In this document: positions 1-10,373 of the stretch, in pieces
How positions within the stretch are numbered: position 1 is the first letter of the stretch
Layout of the letters: each line of letters opens with the position of its first letter
NCBI GenBank assembly: GCA_963749525.1
Contig: CAVVNC010000032.1
Coordinates: 8,693-72,692, forward strand
DNA from: an uncultured delta proteobacterium
Lineage (GTDB): Bacteria > Desulfobacterota > Syntrophorhabdia > Syntrophorhabdales > WCHB1-27
Length of the DNA: 64,000 bases
Direction of reading: 5' to 3'
Notes under the pieces: model-generated
What the model was told of the DNA's origin: nothing
What the model saw: only the letters and a program-made list of their open reading frames with translations
Databases searched by the model: none
Translations under genes and position numbers: made by a program

Positions 1-167
1 GCCAGCTCACGGGCGAGGCATTCCTCCTGGGTCTCGCCAGGCTCCATCTTCCCGCCCGGAAACTCCCACTTGCCGGCAAAGGTTCCGACCCTCCTCTTGC
101 CGATGAGGATGCGACCTTCTTTTCTTATGATCGCGGCAATAACCCTAACGTATCGACCCTCTGTCAT
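1..167 (-). CDS. NUDIX hydrolase (MutT-like), N-terminal part; gene runs off left edge
   Basis: Hand translation of the minus strand from ATG at 165-167 gives MTEGRYVRVIAAIIRKEGRILIGKRRVGTFAGKWEFPGGKMEPGETQEECLARELA, which contains the Nudix box start GX5EX7REL. Confidence 0.75.
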   Translation of the reverse strand, partial: MTEGRYVRVIAAIIRKEGRILIGKRRVGTFAGKWEFPGGKMEPGETQEECLAREL

Positions 168-350
168 GCTGCCATCCTCATGGAAGACCCGCCCTTCCCA
201 AGCTCACGCTTCCTTTCCCCTTTTACCCCATTTCAGCCGCGGGCCGCAAGAGGAACGTCGACCGCCCTTGACGGCCCCCTCGTATCAATGCGATAAGATA
301 AGGCGGAAGCTCAAGGCAATCCCGAAAGAGCTTTCCCAAAGGAGGCCCCC

Positions 351-866
351 ATGCAAGGGCAGTTCAAGACCATCGACCCCGCAGATCTTCCCGACAACCC
401 CTTTGACCTCGTGGGCGAAAAATGGATGCTCATCAGCGCGGGCAGCAAGAAGGCCTTCAACACCATGACAGCCTCCTGGGGCGGCATGGGGGTGCTTTGG
501 GCAAAGAAGGTCTGCTTCTGCGTCGTACGACCAGGCCGCCACACCTATCGCTTCATCGAATCCGCCCACCTCTTTACCCTTTCATTCTTCGATGAGTCCT
601 TTCGCGATGCCCTCACGTTTTGCGGCAGCCATTCGGGACGGGACGTGGACAAGGTGAGGCAGACGGGTCTGACCCCGGTATTCGCGAACGGGGGCGTCTA
701 CTTCGCCGAGGCCCGCCTCGTCTTCGCGTGCAAGAAAATCTATTACCAGGACATAGACCCGGCCCATTTCCTCGATCCCTCCATGGACAAGACCTTCTAT
801 CCCCTCAAGGATTACCACCGCATGTACGTGGGCGAGATAAAGACGTGCCTGGTGAGGCAACCGTAG
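351..866 (+). CDS. flavin reductase-like FMN-binding split-barrel protein
   Basis: 171-aa ORF. The TMTASWGGMGVLW...VVRPGRHTYRFIE pattern is typical of the flavoredoxin/flavin reductase family. Confidence 0.65.
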   Translation: MQGQFKTIDPADLPDNPFDLVGEKWMLISAGSKKAFNTMTASWGGMGVLWAKKVCFCVVRPGRHTYRFIESAHLFTLSFFDESFRDALTFCGSHSGRDVDKVRQTGLTPVFANGGVYFAEARLVFACKKIYYQDIDPAHFLDPSMDKTFYPLKDYHRMYVGEIKTCLVRQP

Positions 867-1007
867 ACCCTCCGAGGCACCCCCCTCTACCGTTACATGT
901 CCATCGAGTTCCCTGAGAAAAACGCCGCAGAGGGATATGAACGGGTAAACACAACTATCCCCAGCAGAATAGTTTCTGCAAAAGAGGCGCCCTTTTCTTA
1001 AGGCGGC

Positions 1008-1316
1008 CTATTTCATCTTCTTGTACGTCGAATAGGCTTCCATGAACATCGGGAATCCCGCCGTCTGAATGATGAGGAGCAGGGTGTGCTTGATCTCGTC
1101 TTCCGTTGCCCCTGCCGTCCTCGCTTTCGCAATGTGGGTTTCGAGGGCTATGGCGTGGCCGCTCGCCCCCGAAACCGCCACCTTGATGAGCCATCGGACT
1201 TTCTCAGGCAGGGGGCCTGATTCTTCGTGGATCTTTTTGCCGAGGGCCTCGTGTCCCTTATAGATCTTGGGAAAATCCTTCTTGAACGTCGTGAATACCT
1301 CGTGCAGATCTTTCAT
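1008..1316 (-). CDS. carboxymuconolactone decarboxylase (AhpD-like) family protein
   Basis: ORF 1008..1334. The internal ATG at 1316 is preceded by an AAAGGGGGGA RBS. CMD-like pattern KVRWLIKVAVSGASGH...EIKHTLLLI. Confidence 0.65.
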   Translation of the reverse strand: MKDLHEVFTTFKKDFPKIYKGHEALGKKIHEESGPLPEKVRWLIKVAVSGASGHAIALETHIAKARTAGATEDEIKHTLLLIIQTAGFPMFMEAYSTYKKMK

Positions 1317-1438
1317 CGCGTCCCCCCTTTTCAAGCACTACTTCACACTTTCACAGAGGATAAGACTTGACGGCCCCTGCTGTCAATCTCACGACCTCCT
1401 TTGTCCCTACAGGGCTTCCTTCCTCGAATGCCGGCTTA

Positions 1439-1720
1439 GAGCGTTCCGCAAAACAAAGTAACGATTCCCCCGGCGCAGTCTTTTCCTGAGCCTATCATGC
1501 GGAAGGCTCTCGGGTACCCTCCTTAAGCCTCAAGGGAGCGGTGCGCCGTAAGGCGCAGGGCGAGGACTGTCTGAGGGAAAAGACCGCGTCGTCTGCGGTC
1601 TTTGACCGAGTTCCGCAGACCAGCGGAAGGAGGCTTTAGGAAGGGTGAGAGACTGGAGCCTAGCGTAGCGAAGGAAAAGATGGAGCCGGGCGGTAACGGG
1701 AATGAATTCTGCGGAACGCT
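1439..1720 (+). repeat. MITE-1 copy A (hairpin element) carrying a nested 161-bp insert
   Basis: Ends GAGCGTTCCGCA...GAATTCTGCGGAACGCT match copies at 1935, 31500 and 34790. The interior 1495-1655 is absent from the other copies and is flanked by a GAGCCTA direct repeat. Confidence 0.85.
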
Positions 1721-1934
1721 TAAGACGGGAGAAATACGTTGACCAGTGTAGGTTTTAAAATAGCCTTGTTAAAACCTACAACCATCATTTTTCGATTGTC
1801 TTTTCTCGATGGCGTTATATAATTACCAGCATACCGGTATTCAGGTTTGATTGTTGGAACCTCGACAATTTCACCGGGGCCTTCCGGGTCCCCGTGCGTC
1901 GGGCGACCGACTATCGAAAGACGCCGCTCATCTA

Positions 1935-2054
1935 GAGCGTTCCGCAGAATAAAGTAACGATTGCCCCGGCGTAATCTTTTCCTAAAGCGGAGCCTAGCGT
2001 AGCGAAGAAAAAGATTACGCCGGTCGGTAACGGGAATGAATTCTGCGGAACGCT
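1935..2054 (+). repeat. MITE-1 copy B (120 bp, terminal inverted repeats AGCGTTCCGCAGAAT)
   Basis: Near-identical to 31500-31618. Outer 15-bp and inner 13-bp (GGCGTAATCTTTT) inverted repeats. Ends 28 nt upstream of the modA ATG. Confidence 0.9.
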
Positions 2055-2082
2055 AATATGCATCTCTTTCCTGGAGGAAACA

Positions 2083-2836
2083 ATGAAGAAATCGGTGATC
2101 GGACCGTTTCTGGCCCTCTCCCTTGTTCTTCTTTTTGCGGGCTCAGCAATTGCCGCCGGCATCAACCTCTCCGTTGCCGCCAGCCTCAGGGAGGTGGTTA
2201 CCGAACTCTCCGACAGCTTTGCGAAAAGCCATGCCGGCGTGACGTTCCAGAATAACTTCGGCGCCTCAGGGGTGCTCGCCAAACAGATCGAGAGCGGTGC
2301 GCCGGCCGACATCTTCTTTTCGGCCAACCTGGAGTGGATGGACTATCTGAAGGAAAGAAAGCTCCTCGATGAGAAAAGCATCAGCACTTTCGCGCACAAT
2401 GTCCTCGTATTCGTCGGCAAGCCCGAATCGAAGGTAACGAGGCTGGAGGACGTGATTAAGCTGGAGAAGATTGCCATCGGCAGTCCCAAGAGCGTGCCGG
2501 CAGGCGAGTACGCCATGCAGGCATTCAATAAGGCGGGCATCGACAAGCAGCTTGAGAATAAGCTCGTCATGGCGAGGGATGTTCGCGAATGCCTCCTCTA
2601 CGCCGACCGGGGTGAGGTTGATGGCGCCTTCGTCTATAAGACCGATGCCGAGGAGATGGCCAAGAATGTGAAGATCCTCTTTATTGTGCAGCAGGACCTC
2701 TACCCCCGGGTAACCTATCCCATGGCGCTGACAACCGGCGGGAAGCAAAAAGGCGGAAGCAATCGCCTTCTTAAAGTTTCTCCAATCTGCTGAGGCAAAA
2801 AGCGTTCTCGCGAAACACGGTTTTGTAGTAAAGTAA
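2083..2836 (+). CDS. modA: molybdate ABC transporter substrate-binding protein (frameshifted in this assembly near 2751)
   Basis: Signal peptide plus SLREV..FGASG..PADIFFSAN pattern. The ORF track stops at 2793. The conserved C-terminus AEAIAFLKFLQSAEAKSVLAKHGFVVK* continues in the next frame to the TAA at 2834-2836. Confidence 0.85.
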
Positions 2837-2842
2837 TCAACC

Positions 2843-3529
2843 ATGTTTGGGTTTACCCCTGCCGATTACTCGGCGATCCTTCTCTCCCTCAAGGTGGCGA
2901 CGGTGGCGACCCTGCTCTCCCTTCCTTTCGGTTTTGCCGTCGCCTATCTCATGACCTACCGGCGCTTCTGGGGAAAGGTTGTGCTTGACGTGGCAGTCAA
3001 CCTTCCCCTGACCCTGCCGCCTGTGGTGATCGGCTTCCTCCTCCTCATCCTGCTGGGCCGGGAGGGGTTCATTGGTCGGACAATTCTTCAGCCCCTCGGC
3101 ATCAGACTGATCTTTACCTGGAAGGCGGCGGTCATCGCCACATCGGTGGTCGGCTTTCCCCTTATGGTGAGGTCCATGCGAACCGGTATGGAGACGATCG
3201 ACGAGCGGCTTATCCACGTCTCCCGGCTCCTCGGCGCAGGATGGCTCGATACCGTCATTACCGTGATAGTGCCCCTTTCCCTGCGCGGGATCATCGCCGG
3301 CTCGGTGCTCATGTTCGCCCGGGGCCTCGGTGAATTCGGCGCCACCGTCGTGGTGGCGGGCAACATTCCCGGACTCACCCAGACCATCCCGCTTGCCATT
3401 TACGAATACGCCAGCTCGCCGAAAGGCGACACGATGGCGCTGAGCCTCTGCGCCGTCTCCATCGTCATCTCTATAGTCGTGCTCCTCTTCCATGAATGGC
3501 TCGGAAGACGCATGGTGAGGAGCGACTAA
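2843..3529 (+). CDS. modB: molybdate ABC transporter permease
   Basis: 228-aa multi-TM ORF with an EAA-like loop (ARGLGEFGATVVVAGNIPG). Lies between modA and modC. Confidence 0.9.
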   Translation: MFGFTPADYSAILLSLKVATVATLLSLPFGFAVAYLMTYRRFWGKVVLDVAVNLPLTLPPVVIGFLLLILLGREGFIGRTILQPLGIRLIFTWKAAVIATSVVGFPLMVRSMRTGMETIDERLIHVSRLLGAGWLDTVITVIVPLSLRGIIAGSVLMFARGLGEFGATVVVAGNIPGLTQTIPLAIYEYASSPKGDTMALSLCAVSIVISIVVLLFHEWLGRRMVRSD

Positions 3530-3532
3530 GGG

Positions 3533-4591
3533 ATGGAGCTTCGCGTGGCGACAAAAAGGCGCTTCGGCAGTTTCTTCCTCGACGTGGAGTTTTTGGTCCG
3601 GGGAGAGCGAATCGGTGTCTTCGGTCCTTCGGGTTCCGGTAAATCGACCCTGGTGGGGCTCATAGCGGGGTTGAGCAGGCCGGATTGGGGCACCATCGCC
3701 CTTGACGGAGAGACCCTCTTCGACAGCAACGCCGGGCTGAACGTCCCCGCGGAACATCGACGTATGGGTATGGTCTTCCAGCGCCCCAGCCTCTTCCCTC
3801 ACTTAAGCGTGAAGGGCAACCTCCTGTACGGCTACAGGCGGTGCGCCCTCGAACACCGCAAGATCGCCTTCGGTGACGTGGTTGAAGTCTTACAGATCGG
3901 TCGCCTGCTGGACCGCGGCGTAAAGCACCTTTCCGGCGGAGAGAAACAACGGGTAGCCATCGGCAGGGCGGTTCTCGGCAACCCGCGCTTGCTGCTCCTC
4001 GACGAGCCGTTATCGGCCCTCGATGACAACCTCAAATTCCAGATCGTCCCTTTCCTGAAAAACGTCTGCGCGGCCTTCAAGATTCCTTACCTCTTCATCT
4101 CCCATTCGCTGCTGGAGATGCAAATCATGACGGACCAGGTCCTGCATGTGGTCGAGGGACGCGTCGTCGAGCAGACAACGGCGGAAGGCCTGGTGCGTGC
4201 GCGGATGGGGGAGAGCATGGCAGGCTACATGAACCTCCTCCGGCTGTCACAGCCGCGCCAGGTAGATGCGCTCTATGCTTACACATGGGGCGATCAACAA
4301 CTGCTCACCTCTTCGGGCGACGAGGAGCCGGAAGGCCTCTTCGAGCTTTCATCTACGGACATCATGCTCTTCAAAAGTCATCCGGAGGCGATCAGCGCCC
4401 GTAATCTCCTCACGTGCAGGGTGGTCAGCACTTTCCCTGCGGGCAACAGAATCGGCATCGATCTCGACTGCAATGGTGACGGACGCCTGGTGGCAGAGGT
4501 GGTCAGACAGGCGGCCGACGAGTTGGGCATAACGGAAGGAACCGAAGTGTATGCTGCCATAAAGGCGACGGCGTTCAGAAAGCTGGGGTAG
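3533..4591 (+). CDS. modC: molybdenum ABC transporter ATP-binding protein with C-terminal TOBE/Mop domain
   Basis: Walker A GPSGSGKST, signature LSGGEKQRVAIGRA, Walker B LLLLDEP. C-terminal TOBE-like segment ISARNLL...VYAAIKATAF. Confidence 0.9.
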   Translation: MELRVATKRRFGSFFLDVEFLVRGERIGVFGPSGSGKSTLVGLIAGLSRPDWGTIALDGETLFDSNAGLNVPAEHRRMGMVFQRPSLFPHLSVKGNLLYGYRRCALEHRKIAFGDVVEVLQIGRLLDRGVKHLSGGEKQRVAIGRAVLGNPRLLLLDEPLSALDDNLKFQIVPFLKNVCAAFKIPYLFISHSLLEMQIMTDQVLHVVEGRVVEQTTAEGLVRARMGESMAGYMNLLRLSQPRQVDALYAYTWGDQQLLTSSGDEEPEGLFELSSTDIMLFKSHPEAISARNLLTCRVVSTFPAGNRIGIDLDCNGDGRLVAEVVRQAADELGITEGTEVYAAIKATAFRKLG

Positions 4592-4955
4592 CCAGAAGAC
4601 GGCCCTCCGCCCTATCCCGGTGCTCCGATTGTCGGCAACGGGTGGCATGCTGAACACTATGTCCTTCGGTCGGTTTGCAGGGACCATAAGCCCCGAGCAT
4701 CATCGTGCGCGGCCCCTTGAGCAACAAGAAGCGACTGCTAAAGGTATTGCGCCACGTTATTCTGCCTGCCTTCAGGAAGAAGCACCTGCGTATCGGGATA
4801 TGGTATTCTCCGACCTCCGCGTCGAGGACCTGCCGATGTGGCCAAAGTCCGGCAGAGCGGGAATTCGACGCTCCCCGACGTGGATGCGAAAAGGCGGAGG
4901 CTCTCCCTCTTCATAGAAAGAGGGAGAGCAAAAATGGCCGAGACCGTGACTTCGG

Positions 4956-5165
4956 CTAATCGACGGCGATCATCACGTTGCTTGCCTTGATGACCGCATA
5001 CACCTGCGATCCTTGGGCGAGCTTCAGTTGCTCAGCCGAGGTTTTCGTGATGATCGAGACCACTTCGGCCCCTCCCGAAAGCTCGACGACGACCTCAGAA
5101 TTGACTGCTCCATGGCTCACTTTTTTCACCGTGCCCTTGAGCACGTTTCTCGCGCTTATCTTCAT
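4956..5165 (-). CDS. molybdopterin/molybdate-binding Mop (TOBE-domain) protein
   Basis: 69-aa ORF MKISARNVLKGTVKKV..GAVNSEV...VYAVIKASNVMIAV, the classic molbindin pattern. Convergent with modC. Confidence 0.85.
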   Translation of the reverse strand: MKISARNVLKGTVKKVSHGAVNSEVVVELSGGAEVVSIITKTSAEQLKLAQGSQVYAVIKASNVMIAVD

Positions 5166-5254
5166 GATTGCCTCCTATGTTTTTTGTTCTCTCTTTCAGG
5201 AGTGTAATCTCCGCAGGGAGACAACGCAAAGATGCAACGCGGGACCCGAACCCC

Positions 5255-5815
5255 TTATCCGCCCTCTTCGATTTGCCCGAGGAACGCTTTCAGCTTCTCC
5301 ATATCCTCGTACGCATCCTTCATGGCGGACTGGTTCCTCAACAAGAACGACGGATGGTACGTGGGGAGGACCTTGATGCCCCTGTACTCCGTGAAGGTCC
5401 CCCTGATCTTCGTGATCCGCTCGTCCTTTTTGAGAAGCGTGTTGTACGCGTGCCTGCCGAGGGTGCAGATCACTTTCGGCCGCACGATCTCGATCTGCGA
5501 GCGCAGATAGGACTCACAGGCCTCCGCCTCCACTACTTCAGGGTCGCGGTTGTTCGGGGGCCGGCACTTGAGGACGTTGCAGATGTAGACGTCTTTTCGG
5601 CTCAGGCCGATCTTTTCGATGAGGTGGTCGAGGAGCTTCCCCGCCCTGCCCACGAAAGGGCGCCCCTGCATGTCCTCTTCCTCGCCGGGCGCCTCTCCCA
5701 CGAAAAGCAGCTCAGCCCGCTCGTTCCCTTCACCGAAGACGGCGTTCCGGCGGGACTTGCCCAAACCGCACCGCGTACACGTCGCCACACGGCCGGCAAG
5801 CTGCTCAAGGGTCAT
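5255..5815 (-). CDS. uracil-DNA glycosylase, family 4
   Basis: CTRC...GEGN..AELLFVGEAPGEEED..GRPFVGRAGKLL...HPSFLLRN motifs. Confidence 0.85.
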   Translation of the reverse strand: MTLEQLAGRVATCTRCGLGKSRRNAVFGEGNERAELLFVGEAPGEEEDMQGRPFVGRAGKLLDHLIEKIGLSRKDVYICNVLKCRPPNNRDPEVVEAEACESYLRSQIEIVRPKVICTLGRHAYNTLLKKDERITKIRGTFTEYRGIKVLPTYHPSFLLRNQSAMKDAYEDMEKLKAFLGQIEEGG

Positions 5816-5900
5816 CCCTTCGGCTTACCCGACACATAGGTGCGGATGCCCATCCGGGAGAGGGCCTTGAGGAAGCCTTGGGGGTCCCTTATCTCCATGG

Positions 5901-7361
5901 TCACAGGAATGCGTCCGGGATCTTCTTGAGGCGCATCTCCGCCTCGAGCACCGAGGCGGCCTGCAGGATGAGCGCTTCCCCGAGGGGCCTCCCGATGATC
6001 TGAAGGCCGATGGGCAGCCCCTTGCCGTCGAAGCCGCACGGCAGGGAAAGGGCCGGAAGACCGGCGAGATTGATGGGAATGGTGAAAATGTCGGAGAGGT
6101 ACATGGTGAGGGGATCATCCGTCTTCTCCCCGATCTTGAAGGCGCACGTAGGGGAGACCGGTGTGGCGATGAGGTCGCACTGCGTGAAGGCCTCGTCGAA
6201 ATCGCGCCGCATGAGCGTTCTCACCTGGCCCGCTTTCCTGTAGTATGCGTCGTAGTACCCCGAGGAGAGCACGTAGGTCCCGAGGATGATCCGCCGCTTC
6301 ACCTCTTTTCCGAAGCCCTGGGAGCGCGTCTGCTTGTACATGTCGACGATGTCTTTTCCTTCCTTCCTCATTCCGTATTTCACACCGTCGTAGCGCGCGA
6401 GGTTCGATGAAGCCTCGGCAGTGCAGATGATGTAGTAGACGGAGACGGCGAATTCCGTGTGGGGAAGGGAGACGGGAACGATGGTTGCGCCGAGCCTCTC
6501 GAAGACCCTGAGCGCCCCTTCGACGGCGGCGGTCACCTCCGGGTCGACCCCCTCGATGAAGTACTCTTTGGGCATGCCGATGCGCAGCCCTTTCACGTCT
6601 TTGAGAAGATCCGCCGTATAGTCGGGCACGCCTTCCGGAATGGACGTGGAATCCATGGGATCATGGCCTGCGATGACCTTGAGGAGAACTGCGCAATCCT
6701 CGACGCTCCTCGTGATCGGGCCTATCTGGTCGAGAGATGAGGCGAACGCCACGAGGCCGTACCGCGAGACCCTGCCGTAGGTGGGCTTCAGCCCCACGGT
6801 CCCGCAAAGGGCCGAAGGCTGCCTTATGGAGCCCCCTGTGTCGGTCCCGAGGGTCGCGGCACAGAGCCCCGCTGCCACGGCCGCCGTGGACCCGCCGCTC
6901 GATCCGCCGGGTATGCGGTCCAGGTCCCATGGGTTTCTTGTGACCTGAAATGACGAGTTCTCCGTGGAAGATCCCATGGCGAACTCGTCCATGTTGATCC
7001 TGCCGAGATGGACGTAGCCGCTCTCGTTCAACTTCCGTATGACCGTCGCATCGTAGGGCGGGACAAAGCCTCGCAGTATCTGGGAGGCGCACGTGGTCTC
7101 CACCCCCCGGGTGCAGAGGATGTCCTTCATGCCGAAGGGGATGCCCGTGAGGGCGCCGTCCGTTCCTTCCTTGATCCGCCTGTCCGCATCCGCGGCCATG
7201 CGCATGGCCATCTCCTCGGTGACGCGCAGGTAAGCCTTGATACGGCCGTCGTACTTGGAGATTCTATCGAGATAGAAACGCGTCAATTCAACGGACGTGA
7301 TCTCCCCCTTTTTCAGGAGGTCCCTCACCTGCCGTATCGATTTATGCAGGATTTCTTCCAT
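5901..7361 (-). CDS. gatA: Asp-tRNA(Asn)/Glu-tRNA(Gln) amidotransferase subunit A
   Basis: 486-aa intact ORF with amidase signature [14 protein letters not shown]...[16 protein letters not shown]. Confidence 0.95.
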   Translation of the reverse strand: MEEILHKSIRQVRDLLKKGEITSVELTRFYLDRISKYDGRIKAYLRVTEEMAMRMAADADRRIKEGTDGALTGIPFGMKDILCTRGVETTCASQILRGFVPPYDATVIRKLNESGYVHLGRINMDEFAMGSSTENSSFQVTRNPWDLDRIPGGSSGGSTAAVAAGLCAATLGTDTGGSIRQPSALCGTVGLKPTYGRVSRYGLVAFASSLDQIGPITRSVEDCAVLLKVIAGHDPMDSTSIPEGVPDYTADLLKDVKGLRIGMPKEYFIEGVDPEVTAAVEGALRVFERLGATIVPVSLPHTEFAVSVYYIICTAEASSNLARYDGVKYGMRKEGKDIVDMYKQTRSQGFGKEVKRRIILGTYVLSSGYYDAYYRKAGQVRTLMRRDFDEAFTQCDLIATPVSPTCAFKIGEKTDDPLTMYLSDIFTIPINLAGLPALSLPCGFDGKGLPIGLQIIGRPLGEALILQAASVLEAEMRLKKIPDAFL

Positions 7362-7388
7362 GCCCTCTCCTCGTTCCTTGGATGCGGG

Positions 7389-7682
7389 TCAGTCTACTTC
7401 AATGATGGGCGGCACCTTGAAGAAGGAGCCCTAGCGCTCCGGCGCATTCCCCACCGACTCTTCCACCTGGAAGTTGTAGTTGACCTCGTCCTGTCTGAAC
7501 ACGTTTCCGAGGGGGACCGCGTGGGTCGTCGGCTCGATGCCGGTGGTGTCGATGGAATTGAGCTTGTCCATGTACTCGAGTATCCTGTCAATCTGCTGCG
7601 TGTAGAGCTCGATCTCCTCGGGATCCAGATGAAGCCGCGCCAGGTGGGCCACGTGCTCTACCACCGCTTTATCAATTTTCAT
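7389..7682 (-). CDS. gatC: Asp/Glu-tRNA amidotransferase subunit C, interrupted by an in-frame TAG at 7431-7433
   Basis: MKIDKAVVEHVAHLARLHL...VGNAPER, then TAG, then in-frame GSFFKVPPIIEVD and TGA at 7389-7391. The total of 97 codons is a normal GatC length. Confidence 0.8.
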
Positions 7683-7730
7683 GAATATCCTCTTTGTTAC
7701 TTGTAGTTTTTGTTGCCTTCGGGCGGCCTT

Positions 7731-10373
7731 TTACCCTTTCAGCAGGCCTTCGAGCATCTCTTTGCTCGCGAGCAGCTTGTCCCGCCTGGCACTCAATTCC
7801 TGGAAGTTCAGCCTCTTCCTTCTGGAGGACCACCTCGGGCGCCTTTTCCCTGAAGGCCCGGTTATTTATCTTGTTGAAGACCCGGTCGGCCTCAGCCGCT
7901 GATCCGGGCAAGCTCCTTCTCCACCCTTGCGCTCTCCCTGCGGACCACCTCCATGTCCCTGATGGGCACGAAGAGCTCCACGTCCTTGAATATGCCGAGG
8001 GCGGCCCTTTCCGGCTTTTCCCCGCTGTTTATGTAGGTGATCTCTGAGATCCGCGCCAGCTCCTTGACGTAATACTCATAGGCCTCGAAGAGGCCGCGGT
8101 GGCCGTTCGCCCGGATCTGCACCTCGATCCGCTGCGCCGGAGGAAAACCCATCTCTCCCCGGATATTCCTGATCGCTTCGACGGCACCCGTGATCATGGC
8201 CATCTGTGCCTCCCCCTCCTCATCGATCTCGGAAGGCTGAAGGCTGGGGAATGGGGCGATCATGATGCTCTCCGCCTTTGCCCCGGCCATCCTTTGATAG
8301 ATCTCCTCGGTGACGAAAGGCATGAAGGGATGGAGGAGGCACAATATGTCCATCAGGGTCGCCCGGAGGTTCGAGGCAATGGCAGCGCGGTCGAAGGCAA
8401 TCATCTTTCCATAGAGGCTCGGCTTCACCAGCTCCAGGTACCAGTCGCAGAACTCGTGCCACACAAAGCCGTAGAGGCTGTGCGCCGCGTCGCTGTACCG
8501 GTAGGTTTCGATGGCCTCGGAGACCTCCCCTGCCACCCTCTGCAGGCGCGACCTGATCCATCTGTCCGGGAGGAATGAGGACGCCTTCCGCGCATCCGTT
8601 GGGGGCGCCCCCTCCAGCAAGGCTTCCGTGAGCCGGGATGCGTTCCAGATCTTGTTGACGAAGTTCCTGCTCCCCTCGATCCGCTCTTCCGAGAGGAGAA
8701 TGTCCCTTCCCTGGGCCGCGAGCATGGCAAAGGTAAAGCGGAAGGCATCGGTCCCGTATTTGTCCATCATCACCAAGGGGTCGATCACATTCCCCTTGGA
8801 TTTGCTCATCTTCTTGCCTTCGGCGTCCCTCACGAGGGCATGGATATAGACCTGCCTGAAGGGTACGTCCCCCATGAAGTGGAGGCCCATGACGATCATG
8901 CGGGCCACCCAGAAGAAGAGGATGTCGAACCCCGTGACGAGGAGGGACGTGGGGTAGAAGGTCTTGAGATCGTCCGTCTCATCCGGCCAGCCGAGCGTGG
9001 AGAAAGGCCAGAGCCCGGAAGAGAACCACGTATCGAGGACATCCGATTCCTGCCTCACCGGACCTTTGCACGAGCGGCACGAAGTCACGTCCTCCCTGGA
9101 GACGTAGACCTCGTTGCAGGCGTCGCAATACCAGACGGGTATCCGGTGTCCCCACCATATCTGCCTCGATATGCACCAGTCCTTGATGTTCTCCATCCAC
9201 TCGAAGTAGACCTTCTCCCACATCTCAGGGACGATCACCACCCTGTGGCTGCGAACCGCCTCTATGGCCGGCGCTGCCAGAGGCTCCATGCGCACGAACC
9301 ATTGGAGCGAGACGATAGGCTCCACCACGGTCTTGCAGCGGTAACATCTTCCCACCACCAGGGGATAATCCTCTACCTTCTCGAGGAGACCGAGACCCTT
9401 CAGGTCCTCTACGATCCGGCGTCTTGCGTCGAACCTGTCCATGCCTTTGTATCGGCCGGCATGGTCGTTCATCGTGCCGTCATCGTCGAGCACCTTCACC
9501 ACGTCGAGGGAGTGTCTCTTTCCAATCTCGAAGTCGTTGAAATCGTGGCCGGGTGTCACCTTAAGCGCGCCCGTTCCGAACTCCATGTCCACGTAAGCGT
9601 CGCCGATGATCGGGATCTTCTTGTCGACGAGGGGAAGGACCACCTGTTTCCCGATGAGGGAGCGATACCGGGGATCGTCCGGGTTGACCGCAACGGCCGT
9701 GTCGCCGAGCATGGTCTCAGGTCTCGTGGTCGCCACCATGAGGAATCCCTGCGCTTCCGCGAGGGGGTACTTGATGTAGTAGAGGTGCCCCTTCGTCTCT
9801 TCGTGCTCCACTTCCACGTCGGATAGGGCGGTCTTGCACCTGGGGCACCAGTTGATGATGTAGTCTCCCCGATAGATGAGCCCTTCTTCGAAGAGCCTCA
9901 CGAACACCTCGCGCACCGCCCGGCTCAAGCCCTCGTCCATGGTGAAGCGCTCGCGGGACCAGTCGCATGAGGAGCCGAGGCGCTTCAACTGCTCGATGAT
10001 GGTGCCCCCCGATTTCTTCCTCCATTCCCAGACCCTCTCGATGAAGGCCGCCCTGCCGATGGTTTCCGGCCTCAAGCCTTCCTTGGCAAGCTCCCTCTCC
10101 ACCACGTTCTGCGTGGCTATGCCTGCGTGGTCCGTTCCCGGCAGCCAGAGCGTGTTGAAGCCTGACATCCTTTTGTAGCGCACTATGATGTCCTGGAGCG
10201 TATTATTGAGGGCATGTCCCATGTGGAGGACACCCGTCACGTTGGGGGGCGGTATCACTATGCAGAAAGGGCGGCTCGGCAGAGACGCTTCTAGCCTTGA
10301 AATAACCCTTCTCAATCCAGTAGGCGTACCATTTCTGCTCTACCTCTCTCGGATCGTAGACCTTGTCTATCAC
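7731..10373 (-). CDS. valS: valine--tRNA ligase (three apparent 1-nt frameshifts near 10293, 7897 and 7813)
   Basis: ORF 7892..10315 carries [14 protein letters not shown] and KMSKSKGN. The N-terminus [27 protein letters not shown] (GTG at 10373) and the C-terminal coiled coil ...[23 protein letters not shown]... / ...[26 protein letters not shown] lie in other frames. The total is about 881 codons. Confidence 0.9.

Noticed and set aside
1721-1934. Possible molybdenum-cofactor riboswitch upstream of modA
   Set aside because: I could not find the conserved core elements I remember (CUCCGAGCC / GGAAAGG / GCCUCC). A MITE also separates the region from the start codon. It needs an Infernal scan before any claim.
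2837-3802. 321-aa minus-strand ORF over modB/modC
   Set aside because: It is antisense to unmistakable ABC permease and ATPase genes. The composition (R/G/D/H/P-rich) is not protein-like.
7431-7433. TAG in gatC as evidence for amber reassignment (pyrrolysine or a sense codon)
   Set aside because: TAG is used as an ordinary stop by several neighbours: dgt-like at 11418-11420, mnmA at 32232-34, the S41 peptidase at 34708-10 and ltaE at 48017-19. No pyl genes were seen.
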